Below the pieces are notes generated by a model. It did no database searches. It had not been told where the DNA came from and saw nothing but the letters and a program-made list of their open reading frames with translations. A DNA stretch of 64,000 nucleotides from Oscillospiraceae bacterium (lineage in GTDB: Bacteria > Bacillota > Clostridia > Oscillospirales > Butyricicoccaceae): contig JAZOWC010000068.1 of assembly GCA_045658985.1 (NCBI GenBank), positions 464 through 64,463 of the forward strand, in the 5' to 3' direction. The translations under genes were made by a program, and so were the position numbers. Of this stretch, positions 34,901 through 42,686 are shown in pieces (position 1 is the stretch's first letter; the number at the start of each line of letters is the position of its first letter).

Positions 34901-37710
34901 AATACTGCGCTGCCATCGTTCTCCAGCAGGCCAACACGTCTGCCGTCGGGATGGTTTGCATTCTCCTGATAGCCGTCGATGTACTTTGCCTCGGCATAGA
35001 AGACGGAGCCGTCAGCCTTGCCAAGGAGGTTATCGGTATAGCCCAGGGTGTAGGTCTCACCGTCTGCATTCTGCAGGTAGTGCTCGACCTTGTAGGTTAC
35101 GTACTTGGAAGAAACATACTGCTGGATCATCAGCGCTGCTTCCGCAGGGGTCAGACCCAGTCTCTCAAGGTCTTCCACAGTCTCTGCCTCATCGGCTTTG
35201 TCGAGAGCGCCCACGCCGTTGCCCAGATACTGGACACCTACAGGAGATTCTTCGGTCACGGCCTCATAGAGGAGGCAGGCCAGCAGGTAGGAGCCCAGAG
35301 CGCTTGCGCGGTTACCGGTATCAAGACCTCTGTGGTAGCCGGCGCTGGTGGTGGCGTTGTTGGAGGGACGGTAGAGATCATCGGTGATCTTGTCAAGATC
35401 GGTGCTGTAGTTTGCAAAAGAGTTGGATGCATACACGAGCTTGACGGGCTTGTTGAGGTAGCCGTCTGCGTCGATATCGGCCTTCATCTGATCGGCCTCA
35501 ATATTGATAGCCGCTACGTGCTCATAGTATGTATCGATGTGGGTGTTCTTGGTACCTGCGCTGAAGTCCTTTGCCAGACCGACGGTATGAGCATAAGGAG
35601 CGATCAGGATCACCTGACAGTCGGGATTGATGTCGGCTGCCATCTTGGCGATCTTGCGGACTGCGTAATTGTTGTATCTGGAGTCGCCTGCCCACATCAG
35701 AGAGATGTTCCTGCCTGTGTCAAGAATGACGTAGTCAAAAGCTTTGGACTCCAAAGCGGCCTTGAAAGTCTGAGCGGTGGAGCCTGTACCGAAGGTATAA
35801 TCGTTGAGATTATCTCTTGCGGAGGAGGCAAACAGCTCGTATACGTTCCAGGTGCCGGAGGTGCTGGTATGACCGCAATAGTCGATTGTGGTGTTGTACT
35901 TGACGCCCTTCTCGGTCAGCATATTTCTGAATGTGCTGTGTGCGTTGTAGGAACCAAGTATATGGTCACCGAACATAAAGATGTTGAGAGCCTCGTCCTT
36001 GACTGTGACGGAAGCGATCTCAGAATTGCTGGTGGCGGTCTTTTCGCCCAGATAGGATGTAGCTTCGCAGTAGTAGTAGAAGGTCTGGCCGAGCTTGGAG
36101 CTGTCGGTGGGCTTGATAACCAGATTTCTGGAGGTTGCGCCCGATACGGGTACGCCTTCGTACTCGGGGGTCAAGCTCATGTACCACTGATAGGTATAGC
36201 CGTGATCCTTCTCCTCATCGACTGCGGCGGTGAGGGTGATGTCCTTGCCGTAGTACTTGGTGGAGGATTCGGCGGGATTTACGGTGAATACTGCGGGAAC
36301 GGGATCGGGGGTGATAACGGGACGCTCAACTGTGGGAGCAGAACCGGGCAGGGCTGTACTGCTGCCTGCTGCGACTGCGCCGCCGTTGGCGGTAACGTTG
36401 GCGGACTCTGCGCCTGCTGCAACGACTGTACCGAAGGTGCTTACTGCGATGTCGGTGCCGTTGGCGGTAACTGTGCCTACGCTGCCCCAGCCGGAAACCT
36501 CAACGCCTGTGCCGTTGGCGGTAACTGCGCCGATGTCTGCGCCGATCTCAGCCTTGACGGTGGTATCGGTTGCGGTCTTGTCGTCTGCGATCAGGCCAAC
36601 AACGCCCACGACGGACACCTTGCTGCCATCGCCGCTGACGCTGACTGTATCAATGATGCCGTGAACGCCGACGTTCAGTACCGAGCTGTCAACTGCAACG
36701 CTGTCTGCCTTGCCGTTGATATTCAGAGCGGCATTCTTGCCGTTTGCCACGGCTGCGGTGACGGTTGCACCCTCTGCAACGGTGACGGATGCACCTGCGT
36801 TGGCTGTAACGATGTCTGCCTCGCCCTTGACAGTGACCTTGCCGCCGTTGGCAACAAGGCTGCGGAGGTCTGCAAAGTCAGCGGTAACGCTGCCTGCCAC
36901 GCCGCCCACTACCAGAGTGCCGTCAAAGGTACCCTTTACGGTAACAGCCTCGTCTGTGGCGATAACTGCCAGACCTGTGCCGCTGACGGTGTGTGTGCCG
37001 CCCTCGGTGATGTAGTCGGTAATCAGACGGTCGGAAATAACTGCCATCTCGCCGCGTACGATGGAGCCCTGTGCGTTGATATAGCCGTTCTCATCGCCCT
37101 TGATGATTCCTGCTGCGATGAATGCGCCCATATAACCGGCTGCCCAGTCGGAGACCTCTTCTTTGCCGCTCAGGGAGCAGAAACGGAGAGCCGACTTGTT
37201 CTCGGTCACACCGAGAGCACGGCCTTTGAGGGTGACGTACTCTTCACGGGTGAGCTGATCCTCGGGACGCATGGAGCTGATGCCGTCACCCTGCATGATG
37301 CCCTCAAGATACAGAGCATAGATGTAAGGAGCGTACCAGGCGTCTGCGGGAACGTCTGTAAACTTGGCAAAGAAGTCGGCAGGTACGTCCTGCAGCTTGA
37401 TGCCGGCGGTAAGTACGATAACTTTGGCTGCCTCTCCGCGCTTGGCGGTATTGCCGCCTGCAAAGAGGTTGTCGCCGACGCCGTTGAGAACGCCGACTTC
37501 TGCCCATCTCTGAGCAGCAGCCTCATAATATGTGCCTGCCGTATCCGCAAATGCGCCCTCTTCGGGAGCTGCGGTACCGGGGGCAGTGCCTGTAACAGGT
37601 GCAGCCGTAGTCACAAAGAATGTGTCTGCCTCTGTCGCCGCTGCGGTCGGCATTACCGAGAGCAGCATGGCAATGGCAAGTACCAATGCCGAAATGCGTT
37701 TTTTCATCAT
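31984..37710 (-). CDS. 1908-aa S-layer-homology (SLH)-anchored surface protein with a beta-helix-like repeat region, Ig-like modules, an InlB-type repeat and 3 SGNH-like modules
   Basis: Signal peptide, then three SLH repeats (FADTAGTYYEAAAQRWAEVGVLNG, FTDVPADAWYAPYIYALYLEGIMQG, VSDWAAGYMGAFIAAGIIKG). Modules LNIFMFGDHILGSYN...GNRASALGSYLLAC, INIYMHSTW...NRPSASGAYLNAA and LMMVGDSYATASY. Confidence 0.8.
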   Translation of the reverse strand: MMKKRISALVLAIAMLLSVMPTAAATEADTFFVTTAAPVTGTAPGTAAPEEGAFADTAGTYYEAAAQRWAEVGVLNGVGDNLFAGGNTAKRGEAAKVIVLTAGIKLQDVPADFFAKFTDVPADAWYAPYIYALYLEGIMQGDGISSMRPEDQLTREEYVTLKGRALGVTENKSALRFCSLSGKEEVSDWAAGYMGAFIAAGIIKGDENGYINAQGSIVRGEMAVISDRLITDYITEGGTHTVSGTGLAVIATDEAVTVKGTFDGTLVVGGVAGSVTADFADLRSLVANGGKVTVKGEADIVTANAGASVTVAEGATVTAAVANGKNAALNINGKADSVAVDSSVLNVGVHGIIDTVSVSGDGSKVSVVGVVGLIADDKTATDTTVKAEIGADIGAVTANGTGVEVSGWGSVGTVTANGTDIAVSTFGTVVAAGAESANVTANGGAVAAGSSTALPGSAPTVERPVITPDPVPAVFTVNPAESSTKYYGKDITLTAAVDEEKDHGYTYQWYMSLTPEYEGVPVSGATSRNLVIKPTDSSKLGQTFYYYCEATSYLGEKTATSNSEIASVTVKDEALNIFMFGDHILGSYNAHSTFRNMLTEKGVKYNTTIDYCGHTSTSGTWNVYELFASSARDNLNDYTFGTGSTAQTFKAALESKAFDYVILDTGRNISLMWAGDSRYNNYAVRKIAKMAADINPDCQVILIAPYAHTVGLAKDFSAGTKNTHIDTYYEHVAAINIEADQMKADIDADGYLNKPVKLVYASNSFANYSTDLDKITDDLYRPSNNATTSAGYHRGLDTGNRASALGSYLLACLLYEAVTEESPVGVQYLGNGVGALDKADEAETVEDLERLGLTPAEAALMIQQYVSSKYVTYKVEHYLQNADGETYTLGYTDNLLGKADGSVFYAEAKYIDGYQENANHPDGRRVGLLENDGSAVFKVYYDRQYYTVDYAYGNYFNNTNKPNLPETKSYMWGSTVSVEADPVWEGYAFGGWVTYDADVADGTFTMPLGGATFTGKWSKTGVENPVVEIDTTTEVDGFTNETLANGVRFEEETVKGYMEYAADLTGAGFDATEHHAAVLKLSKLIPNAKFELIGLKNGETDVREFTASAEGTAEVLYAFESGETTVTVYVYDEDNEMAAELIVGVSAELWADINIYMHSTWMLYSNGLMRTMEAMLEEKLGTSVDIAANGLSWDSTSSSYNSWELFSRSGTTVSGVSNSTLKNTLTGAKPYDYYIMEVNNTYTGMKGDYIKLEDNALLCLQELIAENQPGAELILFAQMGIRQGFSETSYNLRGYEYKQNTDFPYLRSTAWFALNSREKSADVVQCRAQMIRDKLNAADTENKVEVKIANVVDAVEYYILNEGVEDDLYSTAEGKGGRAFSAKRNRPSASGAYLNAAVLTGAILSESVLDIETLGSEGYTIAQDTATLLLQIADMFVTGKPAVTAAQLTFDSATGAVEAAEGVGEVTVKFNGAAGVPTRPGTYTVTADVTGGAAYGYAKNIALGQFTVEGDGLGATVALAPNALNAGLTGGDAIAAGETMTLDGTLRYNGKQNSHTVELIATGPEGATVIGQSEAGVGFATVGEDGTAIISVPVTPDKDTIKVTVSNETAVDTFTVKVADTAKLTINLMMVGDSYATASYMNAHKWLRDLLINAGYTPTVNNTATGGLYLMSELFTVKDDGEFSTGGSVGKFLDAVDNNTVHNDVDYGVFKWDYVLVAVNRRGGLIYTSTYNSELTNIARLEKMLYDHNPDGEMIILATTGSGHADDISKYGSAAAQVTKISANADKIKAALESNEVDIDIKLLRFGEAANVAAADASNMASSSTASYSLLVNNYSDANKRNMGPAGAAMLYNMVAKMMVDIDLDAVAAPSGFKNSSESGNSWSVSDYFVGSIIKYWADVLVDTHVID
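36990..37550 (-). other. Triple SLH cell-wall anchoring region of the 1908-aa protein
   Basis: Three roughly 55-aa SLH repeats at about aa 55-240. Coordinates are approximate. Confidence 0.7.
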
Positions 37711-37869
37711 GGTGCCTCCTTTATTTTTCTCCTAATGACGGGTAGGAGTTATATACAATCGCGAGCCGCCGTACGGTGTGCCTTACGACAAAAACAGACA
37801 ACAACTCACTATAATTGTAGTTAAAAATATAATACCATAATTAATTTTTTATTACAAGATTTTTACCAG

Positions 37870-37924
37870 TTGTACACCCCTGCCAAAATGTACAATTTGA
37901 CAGGCTTTTTTTGTGCAATTTGAC
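37870..37924. promoter_or_regulatory. Operator-like repeats upstream of the SLH giant gene
   Basis: Inverted repeat TTGTACA (37870-37876) / TGTACAA (37889-37895). Direct repeat CAATTTGAC at 37893-37901 and 37916-37924, spaced 23 bp. Located 160-215 nt upstream of the ATG. Confidence 0.35.
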
Positions 37925-37991
37925 GATAAAATCGTATGGTCAGGCTCAAAAACCCCAAAAATATTTTAAGAATTCTTAATTTTTACTTGTA

Positions 37992-38030
37992 ATAAAGCCG
38001 CCTGTTCGGCGGAGAACAAGCGGCTTTATT
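37992..38030 (-). terminator. Terminator after the substrate-binding protein gene
   Basis: AAAGCCGC...GCGGCTTT extended hairpin with T/A-rich flanks. Confidence 0.55.
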
Positions 38031-38046
38031 ATATAATTGTTAAGAA

Positions 38047-39897
38047 TTAGTCCACAAACTTGGCGTATCTGTCGCCGAAGCCGTAGTTGATGACGTAGCC
38101 GTTGCCGGGCAGTTCGATGTTCTCGGCGTACAGCTGCTTGGTGGGGATCTCATAGATGGGGATCTGCTGCATAGCTTCCATAACCAGGATGCGCTCGCTC
38201 TCCAGACACTTTTCTACCATCTCGGCTTCCTTGCCCTCGTCATTGAGGAGGATAGCTTCCTGATAGAGCTTGTCGTGAGCGGCCAGCATGGACTCGTCGT
38301 TCCAGAAGAAACGCAGGGGCTGGTAGTTGCTGCCGTAGAACTTCAGAGTCTCCAGAGGCTCGTTGTTGGGCAGCAGAGAACCGATGTTGAAATCAAAGGA
38401 ATCGGGATCGTTGGGGTTCCAGCGGCGGAGGGAGTATGCCTGAGCCTGAGGAACTGCACGGAGCTTGATGTTGACGCCTTCCAGATTCTTGGTCAGCTGA
38501 CGCTGCATGATCTCGGTAGCGGCGCGGGTGTGGGTACCGTCTTCTTTGTAGTAGATCTCGAACTCAACGTTGACGTTCTTGGTCTCCTCGAATGCTTTGT
38601 CTACATACTCGCTTGCCAGCGCGGGCTGGAATGCGGTGTAGGGATCGACCTCCCAATCGCAGGGCAGATCGAGGATGGAGGTACCGGTGTCGGAGTTACC
38701 TACGACAGAGCGGCGGAACAGACGGGTGATGGGGTAGCCGCCCAGGATGGATGCGAACTCGTTACGGTCGATGCCGTAGAACAGAGCCTTGCGGAAGTTG
38801 TAGTTGCCCAGCATGCCGTTGAACTTGGGGTTGCCGGTGTTGACCCACAGGAACATTGTGGAGTCGTTCCAGTACTCGTATACACGGGGGTCATCCTCGT
38901 AATCTTCCCACTGAGCATAAGCGATAGCAGCGGTGTGCAGCTCGCCGTTGAGGAACAGCTCGAGAGCGGTGTTTGCATCGGGAACGGTGCGGATCTCCAT
39001 ACCTGCAAACCAGATCATATCGGCATGGACGTAGTCCTGATTCTTCTTGTAGGTGAACTGGGAGTCGGGGATCCAGTCGGTGAGGATGTACTCGCCGGAG
39101 CTCATCCAGTACTCCATGCTGGTGCCGTAGAGGGTGCTGGAGCCGTCGGGGCTGATAGCCTTGTCCCAAGTGGGTTTGTGGATCATAGCGGTACCCATGA
39201 ACTTGGTCAGACCAAGCTGGGTGGTGGGCTTGACGGTATGTACCTCGATGGTGTAATCATCGATCTTCTTGAGGCCGGTCTCGCTGAAGTCAACCATGAT
39301 ACCCAGCATATTCTGCTGTGCATACTCGGCAAACATCTCGACCTGAACAAAGGTGTTGTTGTAGATGTTGGGAGCGGAGACGTTCATCAGCAGGGGGTCA
39401 ATAGCGGTCTGATAGCTGAACAGAACGGTGTCTGCGTTCATCTCGTCGCCGTTTTCCCACTTGTAGCCCTGACGGAGCTTGATGCGCCAGTGCTTGCCCT
39501 CGGCATCAAGCTGCTCGGGCAGCTCGGCGGCCAGCATGGGCTCGTAGTAATATGCATCGCCGGTCTCGTCGATGATGGCTCTGTACAGATAGCTGGAGCA
39601 GGGAGAGGTTACGGTGCTGACAACGGGGTCAGAGCTGGAAACGCCGTACAGAGTGGTTGCGCTGGTGGAGATATACTTCTTGAAGATGCCGTTGCCTGCC
39701 AGAGGAGCCTTCTCCTTGGTGGGCTCATCGGTGCCTGTCTGACCGGGATCAGAGGGCTTGGTCGGGTCTGTGACGCCGGGATCGGGTTTGGCGGGAGTCT
39801 TGCCGGGATCGTCGGAAGTTGCTCCATTGTCACCGCAGCCTGCGAATGCAGCAGCAAGCATCATCAGTGCAAGAAGCAATGCTAACATTTTTTTCAT
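38047..39897 (-). CDS. ABC-transporter substrate-binding lipoprotein, family 5 (OppA/DppA/MppA-like peptide binding)
   Basis: MKKMLALLLALMMLAAAFAGCG lipobox, a Pro/Thr linker, and a 616-aa SBP_bac_5-like body. No permease or ATPase genes anywhere in the window. Confidence 0.8.
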   Translation of the reverse strand: MKKMLALLLALMMLAAAFAGCGDNGATSDDPGKTPAKPDPGVTDPTKPSDPGQTGTDEPTKEKAPLAGNGIFKKYISTSATTLYGVSSSDPVVSTVTSPCSSYLYRAIIDETGDAYYYEPMLAAELPEQLDAEGKHWRIKLRQGYKWENGDEMNADTVLFSYQTAIDPLLMNVSAPNIYNNTFVQVEMFAEYAQQNMLGIMVDFSETGLKKIDDYTIEVHTVKPTTQLGLTKFMGTAMIHKPTWDKAISPDGSSTLYGTSMEYWMSSGEYILTDWIPDSQFTYKKNQDYVHADMIWFAGMEIRTVPDANTALELFLNGELHTAAIAYAQWEDYEDDPRVYEYWNDSTMFLWVNTGNPKFNGMLGNYNFRKALFYGIDRNEFASILGGYPITRLFRRSVVGNSDTGTSILDLPCDWEVDPYTAFQPALASEYVDKAFEETKNVNVEFEIYYKEDGTHTRAATEIMQRQLTKNLEGVNIKLRAVPQAQAYSLRRWNPNDPDSFDFNIGSLLPNNEPLETLKFYGSNYQPLRFFWNDESMLAAHDKLYQEAILLNDEGKEAEMVEKCLESERILVMEAMQQIPIYEIPTKQLYAENIELPGNGYVINYGFGDRYAKFVD

Positions 39898-39952
39898 GTG
39901 GTTTTCCTCCTATGACTGTTATTTGTAATATATCTCACTGTAAGTTAGGATA

Positions 39953-39981
39953 ATTATAGCAAAGGCTAATTACAAAAGCAA
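39953..39981 (-). promoter_or_regulatory. Candidate promoter of the SBP gene
   Basis: Minus strand reads TTGCTT, 17 nt, TATAAT, about 55 nt upstream of the ATG. Confidence 0.5.
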
Positions 39982-40230
39982 GAAGTTTTTTATTAAATCC
40001 TTAACAATTAACGAAAGTTTTTAATAAATATTTTGGTGTTTTTATCCTAAGATATGTCATTATTTGCTCGTGCAATTATGCAGTTTTCACAGTCTGTTGT
40101 GCAAATTGCATAATTTTTGTCTCATATTTTTTACATAACCCAGAGGCGGTACTTAACAATTTCGATCCCCTCCCCTGTCCCGCAGTCTTCTGCCGCCAAA
40201 GTATCGGAGGATACCTATTATATAATATAC

Positions 40231-40263
40231 AAAAACGGCGTGAGCTGCTGCCCACGCCGTTTG
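40231..40263 (-). terminator. Terminator closing the amidohydrolase operon
   Basis: AAACGGCGTG-loop-CACGCCGTTT followed by TTTGTAT on the minus strand, 17 nt after the stop at 40280. Confidence 0.65.
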
Positions 40264-40279
40264 ATTCGTATATTATTCT

Positions 40280-41473
40280 TTATGCTTCTACGCCTTTTTC
40301 GCGCAGGCGGAACTTGAACTCATCCTTGACAGCCTGACGGAAGTCTGCATCGGTGACAAAATCATAGGTCACGCCTGCCATAATGGCGGCGCACTCTCTG
40401 ATAAAGTCGGTGGCCTTCTGAGTCTTGCCCAGCGCAACGTGCTCGGGAGAATGGCCTGCAACGCCTTTGTTGTACTCGGCGCGGACAAGGATACCGGGGC
40501 ACACATAGGACACGTTGCCGAAATCGGTAGCACCGCCGCCGCAGACCTGCAGGGCTGCTTCGTCCAGATGCTGAACGTCGTCAAAACCGAACAGTCTGGC
40601 ATTGTTCTCCGATGCGTCGCACAGAGGCTTGTTGACCACGGTATCGTAGAACACGGGGTTGCGGGTGACTTTGACCTGAGTCTCGGTCATCATTGCGCTG
40701 CCCTCCATGACCTTGAGCATACGGCGCACCATATCCTCCAGATAGGTTTTGTCGGAGGCACGCATGGTTACCCATGCCTTGGCTTTGGGGTGAACGATGT
40801 TGGCGGCACCTGTACCCTCCATAACGGTATAGTGGATACGCGAGCCGGTCCTGACGTGCTCACGCATACACTCAAGGCCGTGGAATGCCAGCATCATAGC
40901 GTCCAGAGCGCTGCGGCCTTTTTCGGGTGAGCCGCCTGCGTGGGCATTGATGCCTGTCCACTCAACGATAGATGATGCCAGCGCCACGTTGGTGCCGCTG
41001 CCGCCTGTGTGAGTGCCGGTATGGTTGGAGAATACCATGTCCAGCTCCTTAAAGCAGCCTGCCTCAACCATATTGATCTTGCCGCCCTTGTTTTCTTCGG
41101 CGGGAGTGCCGTAGATAACCAGCTTGTAGGGGACGTCCTTGAGATTGTCACGAATGGCGAGGGCTGCACCGATGGCGGCAGGGGTCTGCAGATGATGTCC
41201 GCATCCGTGGCCCAGATTGGCCAGTGCATCATACTCGCCGAGGAATCCAACGACGGGGCCGCCCGTTCCCTGCTCGTACTCAGCGCGGAATGCGGTAGGC
41301 AGTGTGCCTGTTCCGATCTCAACCTTGAAGCCCTTGTCCTTGAGGTAATCGGTGAGGACCTTGCAGGCGTATTCCTCCTCAAAGCCTATTTCGGGATGGT
41401 CAAATATATCATCGCTGAGTGCTCTCAGCTCGGTCATATAACCGTCGATGGACTGCAAAAACTTCTGTTTCAT
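40280..41473 (-). CDS. M20-family amidohydrolase, AbgB-like, paralog 2
   Basis: DDIFDHPEIGFEE, GEYDALANLGHGCGHHLQ, GTPAEE. 397 aa. Confidence 0.8.
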   Translation of the reverse strand: MKQKFLQSIDGYMTELRALSDDIFDHPEIGFEEEYACKVLTDYLKDKGFKVEIGTGTLPTAFRAEYEQGTGGPVVGFLGEYDALANLGHGCGHHLQTPAAIGAALAIRDNLKDVPYKLVIYGTPAEENKGGKINMVEAGCFKELDMVFSNHTGTHTGGSGTNVALASSIVEWTGINAHAGGSPEKGRSALDAMMLAFHGLECMREHVRTGSRIHYTVMEGTGAANIVHPKAKAWVTMRASDKTYLEDMVRRMLKVMEGSAMMTETQVKVTRNPVFYDTVVNKPLCDASENNARLFGFDDVQHLDEAALQVCGGGATDFGNVSYVCPGILVRAEYNKGVAGHSPEHVALGKTQKATDFIRECAAIMAGVTYDFVTDADFRQAVKDEFKFRLREKGVEA

Positions 41474-41490
41474 AGCCGTTGCTCCTCCTC

Positions 41491-42684
41491 TTATGCTTCT
41501 ATGCCCTTTTCGTGCAGGCGGCGAAGGTATTCGTCCTTGACATTCTTGGCAAACTCCTCGTCATTGATGAAATCATAGCTGACGCCCGCCATGATCTTGG
41601 CGCAGTTTTTGAGGTAATTGGATGCTTCCTCGGTCTTGCCAAGAGCCACGTATTCGGGGGTGTGGGCCACTACGTTATCGCCGTACTCCACGTAGAACAT
41701 AACGCCGGGGCAAACGTAGGATACGTTGCCGTAGTCGGTAGCGCCGCCGCCTGTGACGTTGATCTGAGCTTCGGTCTTGTGAACCAGCTTTTTGACGTCC
41801 AGCAGTGCTGCATTCTCCTCAACGGCGTTGTGCAGAGCCATATTGATGATAGTGTCGTAGAACATGGGATCGTGGGTGACCTTGACCTGTGTCTCGGTCA
41901 TCATTGCGCTGCCCTCAACCACCAGGCGCATACGTCTCAGCATATCCTCAAGATAGGTTTTGTCGGCGCTGCGGCAGGTGATTCGTGCGCGGGCTTTGGG
42001 GTGGACGATGTTGGCGGCGCCTGTTCCCTCGAGAATGGTGTAGTGGATCCTCGAGCCGGTCTTTACGTGCTCGCGCAGGCACTCAAGGCCGTGAAAAGCC
42101 AGCACCATAGCGTCCAGAGCGCTTCTGCCCTTCTCGGGAGAGCCGCCTGCGTGGGCATTGATGCCTGTCCACTCCACCACAGAGGATGCCAGCGCAACGT
42201 GGTTGTTGCTGCCTGCGGTGGTGTTGGCGGTATGGTTGGAAAACACCATATCAAGCTCTTTAAAACAGCCTGCGTTGGCCATATTGATCTTGCCGCCGCG
42301 GGTCTCCTCTGCGGGTGTGCCGTAGATGACCAGCTTGTAGGGGCGGTCTTTGACACAGTCACGGATGGCCAGAGCCGCACCGATGGCGGCGGGAGTCTGC
42401 AGATGATGTCCGCAGCCGTGGCCCAGATCGGCCAGCGCGTCATACTCGCCGAGGAAGCCGATGACGGGGCCGCCCGTTCCCTGCTCGTACTCGGCGCGGA
42501 ATGCGGTAGGCAAGCCGCCTGTGCCTATCTCTACCTTGAAGCCCTCTTTTTTGAGGTAATCTGTGAGGGTTTTGCAGGCATACTCCTCCTCAAAGCCGAT
42601 TTCGGGATGATCGAATATATCATCGCTGAGGGCTTTGAGCTGAGGCAGGTATGTGTCAACTGCGGCGAAAATTTTATTCTTCAT
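41491..42684 (-). CDS. M20-family amidohydrolase, AbgB-like, paralog 1
   Basis: Same motifs as paralog 2 (GEYDALADLGHGCGHHLQ). Long identical stretches when aligned by eye. Start taken at the ATG at 42684 (MKNKIF...), 2 nt after the upstream stop. Confidence 0.8.
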   Translation of the reverse strand: MKNKIFAAVDTYLPQLKALSDDIFDHPEIGFEEEYACKTLTDYLKKEGFKVEIGTGGLPTAFRAEYEQGTGGPVIGFLGEYDALADLGHGCGHHLQTPAAIGAALAIRDCVKDRPYKLVIYGTPAEETRGGKINMANAGCFKELDMVFSNHTANTTAGSNNHVALASSVVEWTGINAHAGGSPEKGRSALDAMVLAFHGLECLREHVKTGSRIHYTILEGTGAANIVHPKARARITCRSADKTYLEDMLRRMRLVVEGSAMMTETQVKVTHDPMFYDTIINMALHNAVEENAALLDVKKLVHKTEAQINVTGGGATDYGNVSYVCPGVMFYVEYGDNVVAHTPEYVALGKTEEASNYLKNCAKIMAGVSYDFINDEEFAKNVKDEYLRRLHEKGIEA

Positions 42685-42686
42685 AA

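Noticed and set aside
31732-37824. 2030-aa plus-strand ORF antisense to the SLH giant gene
   Set aside because: Same reasoning as above. The minus strand encodes a signal peptide plus three clear SLH repeats, while the plus-strand product is Cys/Gly/Val-rich with no recognisable features.
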